Part shown: positions 9,042-18,726 of the stretch, in pieces
How the letters are laid out: every line of letters begins with the position of its first letter
Position numbering within the stretch: the stretch's first letter is position 1
NCBI GenBank assembly: GCA_041548585.1
Contig: JBFESJ010000003.1
Span: 1-49,172, forward strand
Direction: 5' to 3'
DNA: 49,172 nucleotides
DNA from: Desulfobacterales bacterium
GTDB lineage: Bacteria; Desulfobacterota; Desulfobacteria; Desulfobacterales; UBA11574
The notes under the pieces: model-generated
What the model was told of the DNA's origin: nothing
What the model saw: only the letters and a program-made list of their open reading frames with translations
Database searches by the model: none
Position numbers and translations under genes: made by a program

Positions 9042-10550
9042 TTATTTTGTCTTTGCCGTCTTCGTCGGCTTATCTTCGATTGCCTCGAAGGATTTCCAGC
9101 CGCCGCCCAATGCCTTGTAAAGTCTTACCAAATTGGAGATCACGGCGCCATTACTCTGATCCAGTTCATCCTGTAAGATAAGAAGCGAGCGTTGAGCGTC
9201 CAGTACATTATTAAAATCCACCAGACCCGCCTGGTACTGGTCCTGGGCCACTAAGGCGGCCCGCTGGGCCGCAGTCGCTGCTTTGGAGAGGGATTCCCGT
9301 CGGAGCTGCTCCTTGGCATAGGCCACAAGGATATTTTCCACCTCTTCCTGAGCCTTTAGTACGGCCGCTTCATATTGGATCATGGCCTGCTCCTGACGGG
9401 CGGTTTGTACCTCGATATTCTCCCGGATGGCACCGCCACGAAAGATATTCCAGGAGACGCCGGGCCCGATGCTCCAGGTGCGACTGGCCCATTCAAAGAA
9501 GTCTTCGCTGGAAAGGGACTCCAGTCCAATGGTGCCAAATAATCGAAATTTTGGATAAAGATCCGCCGTAGCCACACCGATGCGGGCTGTCTGGGCCGCC
9601 AGATTTCGTTCAGCTCGGCGGATATCGGGCCGGTGGCGAAGGGTCTCTGCAGGAATCCCGATAACCACCGTTTTCGGTAGTTCCGGAATGGGTCGTCTCG
9701 CAGCTAGTTCACGATGAAGTTTTCCTGGCTCCTCCCCCAGCAGCACCGCCAGACGATTTTTGGCTGCGTCCAGTCCTGTCATCAAAGCCGGGATCTGGGA
9801 ACGGGAGCTTTCCAGGATACGCAAGGATTGCTGCACGGCCAGCTCGTCGATGATCCCTGCCTCGTACCGCGATTGATTCAAGTCATATGTTTTTTGCTGA
9901 GTTTTGATATTGGCCTCGGTAACCGCCAAACGGGCCTGGAAGGTCCGTACCTCCACATAGTTCAGAGCCACCTCAGCCACCAGGCTCACCAGAACGTTGT
10001 ACAGATCCTCTTGTGTGGCTTCGAGACTCGCCTGGGCCGCTTCCACGGAGCGGCGCACGCCGCCAAAAACGTCCAGTTCCCAGCCCGCGTCAAAATCGGC
10101 CGTATAAAGTTTACTTTCTGTTCCCGTACCGCTGTTTTCGCTGCTGCGTTGTTTTGAAGCTAAAGCCTCGGCATCCAAGGAGGGAAATAGATTCGCCTTG
10201 CGAATGCCCCGCAAAGCCCGGGCCTCACGGACTCTGGATCGGGCGTTTTTCAGATCCAGATTGCCTTTAACAGCGCGTGCCACAAGGCTGTCGAGTTCCG
10301 CATCATTCAGCATACTCCACCACTGGGCAAGGGTTTCGGGCTCCAGCGAACCGGCGGTCAGGCCGCCCTGGAGTTCAGCGTGCCATTCATCCGGCGCGTC
10401 AGGCTTCACCCGGGTATAGTCCGGCCCAACCGCGGCACATCCGGTCAAGGCCAGAACAATGAAAGCGCCCAGGGTCAGGATAGCCAGCATCCTCCTTGTT
10501 GAGCCGTTGACTATATTCTTCATTTGTTTGTCTTTTTGCGCATGCATCAT
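9042..10550 (-). CDS. RND efflux outer-membrane lipoprotein (NodT/OprM family)
   Basis: Lipobox LTGC-AAVGPDY, WELDVFG, RPDIRRAE, LYKALGGGW; start uncertain (10571/10550/10523). Confidence 0.92.
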   Translation of the reverse strand: MMHAQKDKQMKNIVNGSTRRMLAILTLGAFIVLALTGCAAVGPDYTRVKPDAPDEWHAELQGGLTAGSLEPETLAQWWSMLNDAELDSLVARAVKGNLDLKNARSRVREARALRGIRKANLFPSLDAEALASKQRSSENSGTGTESKLYTADFDAGWELDVFGGVRRSVEAAQASLEATQEDLYNVLVSLVAEVALNYVEVRTFQARLAVTEANIKTQQKTYDLNQSRYEAGIIDELAVQQSLRILESSRSQIPALMTGLDAAKNRLAVLLGEEPGKLHRELAARRPIPELPKTVVIGIPAETLRHRPDIRRAERNLAAQTARIGVATADLYPKFRLFGTIGLESLSSEDFFEWASRTWSIGPGVSWNIFRGGAIRENIEVQTARQEQAMIQYEAAVLKAQEEVENILVAYAKEQLRRESLSKAATAAQRAALVAQDQYQAGLVDFNNVLDAQRSLLILQDELDQSNGAVISNLVRLYKALGGGWKSFEAIEDKPTKTAKTK

Positions 10551-10557
10551 CTTTACC

Positions 10558-13500
10558 TTATTCCGCAACATGTTTGTCCCTCTTTTTGGCCCGCCAGGCA
10601 TGGCCCTTTTCGCGACCTGTTTGAAAAGCATAGTAAAGGGCAGGGATCAGAAAAATGCCCAGCAGGGTCGCTGCCAGCATCCCGGAAAAGACCGTTGTTC
10701 CGATGGCCCGTCGGCTGTTGGCACCCGCACCTGTGGCAATCACCAGAGGCGCCACCCCGAGAATAAACGTGAAAGCGGTCATCAGCACCGGACGAAAACG
10801 AATTTTCGCCCCTTCAATGGCGGCTTTTTTCACGGAATATCCCTGTTCCCTTCGGTCCTTAGCGAACTCCACAATCAGGATGGCGTTCTTTGCGGCCAGG
10901 CCCACCAGCATGACCAGGCCGACCTGGGCGTAAATACTGAAACTGAGGCCGGCGATCCACAAACCGGCAAGTGCTCCAAGACTGGCCACCGGAATCGACA
11001 AGATGATGGAAAGGGGTATATTCCAGCTCTCGTACTGTCCCACCAGGAACAGATAGCCAAAAAGCAGGGCCAAAGCGAACAGGAATTGAACCTTGCCGCC
11101 GGCTTTGCGTTCCTGAAAGGACATGGACGACCAGTCGAAGGCGTAGCCGGGTGGCAGGGTCTTGGACGCCAGACGCTCCATGGCTGCCATGGCTTCTCCC
11201 GAGGAAAAACCCGGGGCTGCGTTACCGTTGATCTGTACACTGGTGAACTGGTTGTAACGGTCAACGATTTGCGGTGCCAGGACCGTGGTCAGGGTAATCA
11301 GGCTTTTCATGGGCACCATTTTTCCGTTGTTGCTGCGGACATAGAGCCGGCTGATGTCACTTACCGTATCCCGATACCGGGTTTCAGCCTGAACCTTGAC
11401 CTGATAGGTCCGGCCGTAAAGATTGAAATCGTTTACATAACTTGAGCCGAGGTGATCCTTCAGGGTGGCAAAGACCCGACTGACCGGCACCCCGAGCGTC
11501 TCGGCCCGCGTGCGGTCAAGATTCACGAAGATCTGAGGCGTGTCAGCAGTGTAGGTGGAAAAAACCCGCATCAGGGTCGGGTCCTGGTTGGCGGCGATGA
11601 CTAAGGACCGGGTTGCCGCGGCGATTTCCCGTGGAGGCTGATCTTCAAGGGCCTGAAGCCGGAAGTCAAAGCCGCCGGTGGTACCCAGCCCGGATATGGG
11701 CGGCGGTGCAAAGGCAAAAATATTGGCCGAAGAGATGGCGGCCAGTCTCTCCTGGGCCTTCCTCACAATGGCCTCCAACTGCTGATGCGAACGGGTGCGC
11801 TCGTCCCATGGTTTCAGGACAATAATGCCGAATCCGACATTCTCGGCCATACCGCTGAGCAGGCTGAACCCGCTCACGCCAAGCGAACTTTCAACACCAT
11901 CGATGTCCTGCAACGCCAATGTCGCCTGTTCCATAACCGTGTTGGTGCGAGCCAGTGAAGCCCCCTCCGGCAGTTGTGCATTGATAAATAAAACACCCCG
12001 GTCTTCCTGGGGCAGGAACGATGTTGGGCTGTGAGTGAACAGGAAATAGGCAGCACCGACAACACCGACGAAGATCAACAACGCCACCACCAGCCTGCGG
12101 ATCAACCAAGCGGCGCCGGTCACGTATATGTTGCGTGAAGCCCCAAGGACTTGGTTAAACCATGCAAGGGGACCATGTTGAGGAATCTTCGGGCTTTTGA
12201 GCAACACGGCGCACAGGGCGGGGCTCAGGGTCAAAGCATTGACGGCCGAGATGACCACCGCCGTGCAAATGGTCACGGCAAATTGTTTATAAAGCTGGCC
12301 GGTGGTACCGGGCATGAACGCCACCGGTACGAATACGGCCAAAAGTACCAAAGTAGTGGCAACGATGGGACCGGTGACCTGGCCCATTGCATGGATGGTT
12401 GCGGGTTTGGCGCTGAGTTTGCGTTTGTCCATGACCCTGTATACATTTTCCACCACCACGATGGCGTCGTCCACCACCAGCCCGATGGCCATGATCAGAG
12501 CAAACAGGGAAAGGGTGTTGGCACTGTATCCCAGGGCCAGCAAAACGGCAAAAGTGCCGATGAGCGATACCGGAATGGTCACCGTGGGAACCAGGGTCGC
12601 CCGCCAGTCCTGCAAAAAAATGTAATTCACGAACAAGACCAGAAAAAAGGTAATGACAAGGGTCAGCCCAATTTCGTGAATGGCCGCTGAAACGTATTTG
12701 GTGGTGTCATAAAAGACATCATAGTCTATATCGCCGGGCTGCCGCTCGGCGAGGTGTTTGAGTTCGGCCCGCACCGCTTTCATGGTATCCAGGGCGTTGG
12801 CCTTTGAAGATCGGTAAACACCTATGGCCACGGACGCCTGACCATTAAAAATCGAGCGGGTGAGGTAGTCTTTGGCGCCAAGTTCCACCCGGGCCACGTC
12901 ACGAACCCGTACCAGACCGCCTTGCTCATTGCTGCGCACGATGATGTTTTCAAAATTTTCAGGATTATCAAGACGCCCTTTGGCTCGCAGGGTGTACTGG
13001 ACCTGCTGACCGGTATCGGCGGGTGATGTTCCGATGGACCCCACCGCGGCCTGGATGTTTTGCTGGCGGATTGCCGCGATTATGTCATCGGAGGTCAGAC
13101 TTAATGCGGTGAGCCTCTCCGGATTCATCCAGATGCGCATACTGTATTCGAACTCACCAAAAATAAAGACATCACTGACACCGTTGATACGCACCAGGGC
13201 ATCTTTTATATTTTTGCTGACGTAGTTGCTCAAAAAAAGCTTGTCCCGGGTGCCCTGGGGAGAAAAGAATTCTACTGCACCCAACATGTCGGTGGATCGT
13301 CTGCGCACATCAATGCCCTGATCGACCACCGCCAGGGGCAGTTTGGAAGTTGCCAGTTGCACCCGGTTTTGCAAGTTGACCTGGTCGATGTCCGGATCAG
13401 TGCCCACCTCAAAAGTGACGGCCAGCGTATATCGCCCATTATTGGAGCAGGAAGAGGCCATGTAGAGCATATTTTCCACACCGTTGACCTCTTTTTCCAT

Positions 13501-13695
13501 GGGCGCTGCCACATTATCTGCAACAACCTGGGCATTGGCGCCCGGATAGAAAGCGGTGACACGGATTTCGGGCGGTGTGATCTGTGGATACTGGGCAACG
13601 GGAATGTTGAATAACGCAATGAGACCCCCCAGGGTGATGACGATGGATATTACCGTGGCAAGACGTGGGCGTTCGATGAAAATCCGTGAAAACAT
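10558..13695 (-). CDS. HAE1-type RND multidrug efflux permease
   Basis: 1045 aa; [45 protein letters not shown]. Confidence 0.95.
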   Translation of the reverse strand: MFSRIFIERPRLATVISIVITLGGLIALFNIPVAQYPQITPPEIRVTAFYPGANAQVVADNVAAPMEKEVNGVENMLYMASSCSNNGRYTLAVTFEVGTDPDIDQVNLQNRVQLATSKLPLAVVDQGIDVRRRSTDMLGAVEFFSPQGTRDKLFLSNYVSKNIKDALVRINGVSDVFIFGEFEYSMRIWMNPERLTALSLTSDDIIAAIRQQNIQAAVGSIGTSPADTGQQVQYTLRAKGRLDNPENFENIIVRSNEQGGLVRVRDVARVELGAKDYLTRSIFNGQASVAIGVYRSSKANALDTMKAVRAELKHLAERQPGDIDYDVFYDTTKYVSAAIHEIGLTLVITFFLVLFVNYIFLQDWRATLVPTVTIPVSLIGTFAVLLALGYSANTLSLFALIMAIGLVVDDAIVVVENVYRVMDKRKLSAKPATIHAMGQVTGPIVATTLVLLAVFVPVAFMPGTTGQLYKQFAVTICTAVVISAVNALTLSPALCAVLLKSPKIPQHGPLAWFNQVLGASRNIYVTGAAWLIRRLVVALLIFVGVVGAAYFLFTHSPTSFLPQEDRGVLFINAQLPEGASLARTNTVMEQATLALQDIDGVESSLGVSGFSLLSGMAENVGFGIIVLKPWDERTRSHQQLEAIVRKAQERLAAISSANIFAFAPPPISGLGTTGGFDFRLQALEDQPPREIAAATRSLVIAANQDPTLMRVFSTYTADTPQIFVNLDRTRAETLGVPVSRVFATLKDHLGSSYVNDFNLYGRTYQVKVQAETRYRDTVSDISRLYVRSNNGKMVPMKSLITLTTVLAPQIVDRYNQFTSVQINGNAAPGFSSGEAMAAMERLASKTLPPGYAFDWSSMSFQERKAGGKVQFLFALALLFGYLFLVGQYESWNIPLSIILSIPVASLGALAGLWIAGLSFSIYAQVGLVMLVGLAAKNAILIVEFAKDRREQGYSVKKAAIEGAKIRFRPVLMTAFTFILGVAPLVIATGAGANSRRAIGTTVFSGMLAATLLGIFLIPALYYAFQTGREKGHAWRAKKRDKHVAE

Positions 13696-13698
13696 ACA

Positions 13699-14940
13699 TC
13701 ACCTCCCCTGCTGTTTATCGGCAACAGTGGTTTTCACTATCTGGCCGGGCTTGACTTTCTGGACGCCCTCAACAATGACCTTTTCACCTACAGCCAGACC
13801 TGTTTCGACGGCCCAGTTGGCACCGACCACAGGTCCGGTTTTAATCCGTCGCATGGCAACTCGGTTCCGGTCATCCACCAACAGGATATAGCGTCCGTCG
13901 CTGTCCTCCAGAATCGCCGCCTGGGGTACTACCGGCATGGTTTTAGCCGAACTTTTCGCCACCATAACGGTAACGTACTGCCCGGGAATCAATGTGGCTT
14001 CAGGGTTTTTAAACAAAGCCCGAACAGCGATGGTGCCAGTATTAACATCCACGGTATTGTCCACAAAATCCACATGCCCCACTGTTTTGAGAATTTGACC
14101 GTCACCCAGTTGGATTCGCGGTATCAGCATGGGGTGATTTTTGCCCCTATCGGCATCTTTGAGGGCCATATTAATGGCAGCAAGATCGTTTTCACTGATT
14201 GAATAGACCACCCGAATCGGATCCAACTGAACAATTCGAGCCAAAGCCCCTGAATCCGGCCCGACCAAATTACCTTTGGTAAAAGCGGTTCGCCCGATGC
14301 GTCCGGAGATAGGCGCTGTAATAGAGGTGTAACCCAGATTTATTTGGGCGATTTGAAGATAGGCCTTGACCTGCTCAAACTGGGCTTTTGCACGGAGTTC
14401 TTCGGCCACAGCATTGTCCAGGTCTGTCGCGGATATTCCTCCGGAACGGACTGTTCGAGCTCGATGAAGGTACTGCCGTGCCTTATTGAGGGTCGCTTCG
14501 GCCTGACCCACCAAGGCTTTGTCGGCATCAACCCTGGCCCGGTAGGGTGCCTGCTCGATAACATAAAGGAGCTCGCCCTCATGGACATCGCTTCCTTCCT
14601 TGAAGTTGACCTGTTTCAAAAATCCCTCGACCCGGGCCCGCAGGTCCACACGCTGAATGGCCTCAACATGGCCTACATATTCCGACGGCGGATTGACATC
14701 CTGCTCGATAACCGGGACCACCGTTACCAGCGGCGGCGGTCCGCCTGGGCCGGAAGGGCCGGCGATCACCACAACCGGAAACACAATCATCAACAAAAGA
14801 CCCAGAAACAGGGCAACCAGCCCACAACAGGGGTTAATGACATCCGTTTTTAAGCGCTCCAACCACGCATGCTTATCGTCGGCGGACATCATAGCAGTTA
14901 TCGCTCGAGTTTGATTGAAGCTGAACTTCTTTTGCATCAT
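13699..14940 (-). CDS. RND efflux periplasmic adaptor (MFP)
   Basis: LRARVEGFL, ITAPISGRIG, FVDNTVD..TGT, VEGVQKVKPG; ATG 14940 after GGAGG. Confidence 0.92.
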   Translation of the reverse strand: MMQKKFSFNQTRAITAMMSADDKHAWLERLKTDVINPCCGLVALFLGLLLMIVFPVVVIAGPSGPGGPPPLVTVVPVIEQDVNPPSEYVGHVEAIQRVDLRARVEGFLKQVNFKEGSDVHEGELLYVIEQAPYRARVDADKALVGQAEATLNKARQYLHRARTVRSGGISATDLDNAVAEELRAKAQFEQVKAYLQIAQINLGYTSITAPISGRIGRTAFTKGNLVGPDSGALARIVQLDPIRVVYSISENDLAAINMALKDADRGKNHPMLIPRIQLGDGQILKTVGHVDFVDNTVDVNTGTIAVRALFKNPEATLIPGQYVTVMVAKSSAKTMPVVPQAAILEDSDGRYILLVDDRNRVAMRRIKTGPVVGANWAVETGLAVGEKVIVEGVQKVKPGQIVKTTVADKQQGR

Positions 14941-15147
14941 TTTTGGTCCTCCTGACCAATCAGGGCGAATTAAGCTTTTATCGTTGTTGATAATAATACC
15001 ATTTGACAATATTAAATATATATTTTAAATCCCTATTTAAAACGGGACACTAAAACAATTCGTCGGTTAATTCAAGTAAAAACGTTCAATCTTTATTTAA
15101 TTTATTCTGGCCTTAACTCCTGTAAGAAGACGTAAGGAGGATACACC

Positions 15148-15780
15148 ATGCCCCAGAGAGAAGACGGCAAGGAAACCCGCAACCGGCTGCTGAACGCAGC
15201 CTGTGCGGTGTTCGCTGAAAAAGGCTATCGTAATGCCAAGGTGGCGGAGATCTGTCGCCGAGCCGATGCCAACGTGGCTGCTGTCAACTATTACTTTGGC
15301 GATAAGGCCAGTCTTTACACCGAAGCCTGGCGGCATGCTTTTAATAAATATGCCATCTCCGCATCGTCCGATTTGGTGCATACTTCACCGGACGATCAAC
15401 TGAGGGCCCACATCCAGACCCTTATGCAAAATTTTATGGAAAAGGGTCGGCAGGGATACTTTACTCGCCTGTACATGATGGAACTGGCCAATCCCACAGG
15501 ACTGATCCAAGACACATGGCTCGACCTGATCGAACCCCGCCGGCAAAAACTGCTCGGGATCATATGTAAAATTATGGGCGTAGAAACTACCAACGAAACG
15601 GTCCTGTTCTGCGAAATGAGCATTATCAACCAGTGCCGCGCCCTTCTGACCATCAACCGCAATGATCTGGAGTACCTTCTGGACCAGTCCCTTACCCCGG
15701 ACTTGATCAAACGCCTGGCAGACCACATTGCCCACTTTTCCCTGGCAGGTATAAGAGCGGCTGGCAAACGCAACGCGTGA
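15148..15780 (+). CDS. TetR-family regulator (CecR/CerR-like C-terminus), divergent from the RND operon
   Basis: LLNAACAVFAEKGY...ANVAAVNYYFGDKASLY; C-terminal HIAHFSLAGI; AAGGAGG RBS. Confidence 0.9.
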   Translation: MPQREDGKETRNRLLNAACAVFAEKGYRNAKVAEICRRADANVAAVNYYFGDKASLYTEAWRHAFNKYAISASSDLVHTSPDDQLRAHIQTLMQNFMEKGRQGYFTRLYMMELANPTGLIQDTWLDLIEPRRQKLLGIICKIMGVETTNETVLFCEMSIINQCRALLTINRNDLEYLLDQSLTPDLIKRLADHIAHFSLAGIRAAGKRNA

Positions 15781-15941
15781 TGCGGCTATCCTTTTGTTTA
15801 CAAGAAATATTTTAACTATCATTAAAAAACAATCTGTTCCAAGAGATATAAACATCTCTTTTTTCAGATAAAACGCAAGACGTAATGCCAAAATGGTAAG
15901 TTATTTTTGCGCTATCCCTTAGTGCGAGTTCTCCTTGGCGA

Positions 15942-15971
15942 TTGACAAGTTGATTCTGTTTAATTTAAAAT
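15942..15971 (+). promoter_or_regulatory. Candidate sigma70 promoter for cfa
   Basis: TTGACA-N18-TAAAAT. Confidence 0.45.
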
Positions 15972-16095
15972 TGTATAGAAACAGTTGGTGAATTAACATC
16001 ACAATGCTCAAGTAAAACTTATTTGAAATACCATTTTATTTCATGTTGTTATCCCAGCTTTATTTTACCGATGGGTCGAGAGAAAGGATAAGGTC

Positions 16096-17214
16096 ATGGA
16101 TAAGGATAAGTTTTATTTAAAAATACAACGCCTTTTATCAAACGCCGACATTAAAATTAATGGAGACCGCCCATGGGACATTCGGGTTCACAACAAAAAC
16201 CTGTACCCGAGAATTCTGGCGCATGGGTCACTGGGTTTGGGCGAGGCCTACATGGACGGATGGTGGGACTGCGAAAGGCTTGACGAGTTTATTTGTAGAG
16301 TTTTGAAAGCGAATCTTGACGCTAAAATTAATCCATGGACGGCGTTTTTTTCTCTTTCAAAGGCCAGGTTGTTCAATTTCCAAAAACCGTCTTCGTGTTT
16401 TATAGACTGCCAGCATCACTATGACATCGGCAATGATCTTTACCAATGCATGCTTGACAAGCTCCGAATATACAGCTGCGGCTACTGGAAAAGTGCATCT
16501 TCCCTCGATGACGCGCAAGAAAAAAAGCTGGATTTGGTTTGCCGTAAGTTGTTATTAAAACCGGGAATGCGTGTTCTCGATATCGGATGCGGCTGGGGGG
16601 GAACAGCCAAATTTATTGCCGAAAACTATCAAGCTGAAGTCGTCGGCATCACGGTTTCCGAAAAACAGGCGCGTTTTGCTGAAAAAGTCTGCCAAGGGCT
16701 TCCGGTGGAAATCCGTCTTGAGGACTACCGAAGCCTGAAAGGCGTGTTCGATCGTATTGTTTCTCTGGGTATGATTGAACACGTGGGTTATAAAAACTAC
16801 AAAACATTTATGCGGGTTGCGCGCCGATGCCTTAAAGCGAGCGGCATCTTTGTTCTGCAAACCATTGGGAGTAACCATTCCCAGAAAAAAGCCGATCCTT
16901 GGATCAATCGATATATCTTTCCAAATTCCCTGCTGCCTTCAGCAAAGCAAATTAACGATGCCATTGAAAACCTTTTCGTTCTCGAAGACTGGCACAATTT
17001 TGGCCCGGATTACGATAAAACGCTGATGCACTGGTTTCAAAATTTTCACAACAACTGGAATAATCTCAAAGATACGTATGGTGAGCGTTTCTACCGAATG
17101 TGGAAATATTATCTTTTGTCCTGCGCCGGCACTTTTCGCGCAAGAGTAAACCAGTTGTGGCAAATCGTTCTCTCCCCAAAAGGGGTTCCCAACGGATATT
17201 ACGCACCGCGCTAA
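16096..17214 (+). CDS. cfa: Cyclopropane-fatty-acyl-phospholipid synthase
   Basis: GSLGLGEAYMDGWW, HYDIGNDLY, VLDIGCGWGG SAM motif, GMIEHVG, RFYRMWKYYL. Confidence 0.95.
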   Translation: MDKDKFYLKIQRLLSNADIKINGDRPWDIRVHNKNLYPRILAHGSLGLGEAYMDGWWDCERLDEFICRVLKANLDAKINPWTAFFSLSKARLFNFQKPSSCFIDCQHHYDIGNDLYQCMLDKLRIYSCGYWKSASSLDDAQEKKLDLVCRKLLLKPGMRVLDIGCGWGGTAKFIAENYQAEVVGITVSEKQARFAEKVCQGLPVEIRLEDYRSLKGVFDRIVSLGMIEHVGYKNYKTFMRVARRCLKASGIFVLQTIGSNHSQKKADPWINRYIFPNSLLPSAKQINDAIENLFVLEDWHNFGPDYDKTLMHWFQNFHNNWNNLKDTYGERFYRMWKYYLLSCAGTFRARVNQLWQIVLSPKGVPNGYYAPR

Positions 17215-17276
17215 CCCGAATCTTTCATGAAAATTTTCAAGAGGCCTTTTTATTGGCATGGAAGAATCGTTTGAAA

Positions 17277-18497
17277 TTAGAACTCAACCACACAACGAAC
17301 TCCCGAAATGAATCCTGAAGGGCCAGTTCCCTGTTTCATGTTGTTATCCTGATATTGCAGATCGGCCGTAATCGCAAAGTATTCATTGAGCAAAAATCGG
17401 ACATAAGTTTCGATAACATAGGCGTTATCCAAATCTTGATTGCCCCCTACCAGGTAAGCGTATCCAATGCCGATATTGTCTTGTGCTCGTCTCCACAGTT
17501 TCCCGTTGATATCAAGCCCTCCGGAATACAGTTCCTTCACCATAACAGCGGCTTCGTCATCTTGCCATCCGAATCGTATCCAGGCCCCCAGGATCTCCCC
17601 CAGTTGTTGATCAAAGGACAATATTACACACTGTTTTGATTCCACATTGTCTCCCGCAGGATTGTTGAAGTCTTTACTGGCCCAATCTATAGTCACGCGG
17701 TAGTTTCCTGTTCCCAGTTTTGTGTCGATGGTATAATCAAGGTTGACAGCATAAAAATTGTAACTTCTGCCATCGTCATTTTCGCCCACACTCATGACAA
17801 CACCTTTGAGTGCAAACTCGCCAAATTCCCACTCCACGGCACCCCCCATGTCATAAGACGGGAAAAAACCATTTGCGGCATTTGCCAACACCTGGTTCAT
17901 GAATTGGGTGAATTCATCGTTTGCAAAGGCATTTTCGTCCAGATAGTCCGTGGCATCGATGAGTCCCCCTGTAAGTCCCAACGTGTTGGCGTTACCGAAT
18001 GTAAAGGTGTGTTTGTACCAGGCTGTGAGAAGATAATCCCGGTTCCGTCCGTTAATATCTTTTACATCATCCTCCAGGTCTGCCGCCCACGGTGAAAAAA
18101 TAAATGGAGAAACCGTTGCATCATTTAACGCGTTGCCTGCCGAGAATCCAAACTTGGTAAAAATTTCATCAGTCCCACTCAGTATAAAACCGATTTCGGG
18201 CTGAAACACAAAGGCTCCCCGGCCCGTATTGCTAAACCCGGGAGCATCATCCACGTTCTGATATTGATAGGCACCGGCAACCAATCCTCCAACAGATAGT
18301 TTTTCGAGGATCCCTGATTCTGACGCGCTCTTTTCAACGGTGTTCCCGGTTGTTGTTAGGCGCTTCTCGATGTTTTCGATTCTCTGTTCTAACGTTGCAT
18401 CGGATGTCTCACAAAGGGCATTTTGGGTTCCCAAAGCAACAAACACCCCAAAAACACAAAAACTTAAAATAAAGATTTTTGTTGTCAACTGAATCAT
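17277..18497 (-). CDS. OprB-like (carbohydrate-selective) outer membrane porin
   Basis: Signal peptide, short N-terminal coiled coil, DENAFANDEFTQFMN motif, alternating beta-strands, terminal Phe; ATG 18497 after AAGGAGG. Confidence 0.78.
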   Translation of the reverse strand: MIQLTTKIFILSFCVFGVFVALGTQNALCETSDATLEQRIENIEKRLTTTGNTVEKSASESGILEKLSVGGLVAGAYQYQNVDDAPGFSNTGRGAFVFQPEIGFILSGTDEIFTKFGFSAGNALNDATVSPFIFSPWAADLEDDVKDINGRNRDYLLTAWYKHTFTFGNANTLGLTGGLIDATDYLDENAFANDEFTQFMNQVLANAANGFFPSYDMGGAVEWEFGEFALKGVVMSVGENDDGRSYNFYAVNLDYTIDTKLGTGNYRVTIDWASKDFNNPAGDNVESKQCVILSFDQQLGEILGAWIRFGWQDDEAAVMVKELYSGGLDINGKLWRRAQDNIGIGYAYLVGGNQDLDNAYVIETYVRFLLNEYFAITADLQYQDNNMKQGTGPSGFISGVRCVVEF

Positions 18498-18531
18498 CTT
18501 ATCCTCCTTTCTAACATGGTCGTTCCGGACC

Positions 18532-18586
18532 AAAAAAAAACCACGATCGGAGTCATCTTCGGATGACCTTTATCCTTCGTGGTTTT
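18532..18586 (-). terminator. Intrinsic terminator in the porin 5' leader (attenuator)
   Basis: Minus strand AAAACCACGA...TCGTGG followed by a 9-T run, with inner GTCATC-CGAA-GATGAC stem, about 35 nt upstream of the porin start. Confidence 0.65.
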
Positions 18587-18637
18587 GTTTATTTTGATTT
18601 TGTTGTATTCGCTTCGAAACGGAGGCTTCATTGCCTC
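18561..18637 (-). promoter_or_regulatory. Putative ANTAR-binding dual hairpin RNA element
   Basis: P1 GAGGC-AATGAA-GCCTC (18622-18637; hexaloop with A1/G4); P2 GGAT-AAAGGTC-ATCC (18561-18575) inside the terminator 5' arm. Confidence 0.5.
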
Positions 18638-18726
18638 AACTTTCAATTTGACATACTATAAACAGGTTATTGTGTCAAGGCACTTAATTGTGTTCTTTAT
18701 GGCAATATAAACGGGACGATTTCAAC

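Noticed and set aside
10459-11445. 328-aa plus-strand ORF
   Set aside because: Antisense shadow of the GC-rich RND gene; no recognisable motifs
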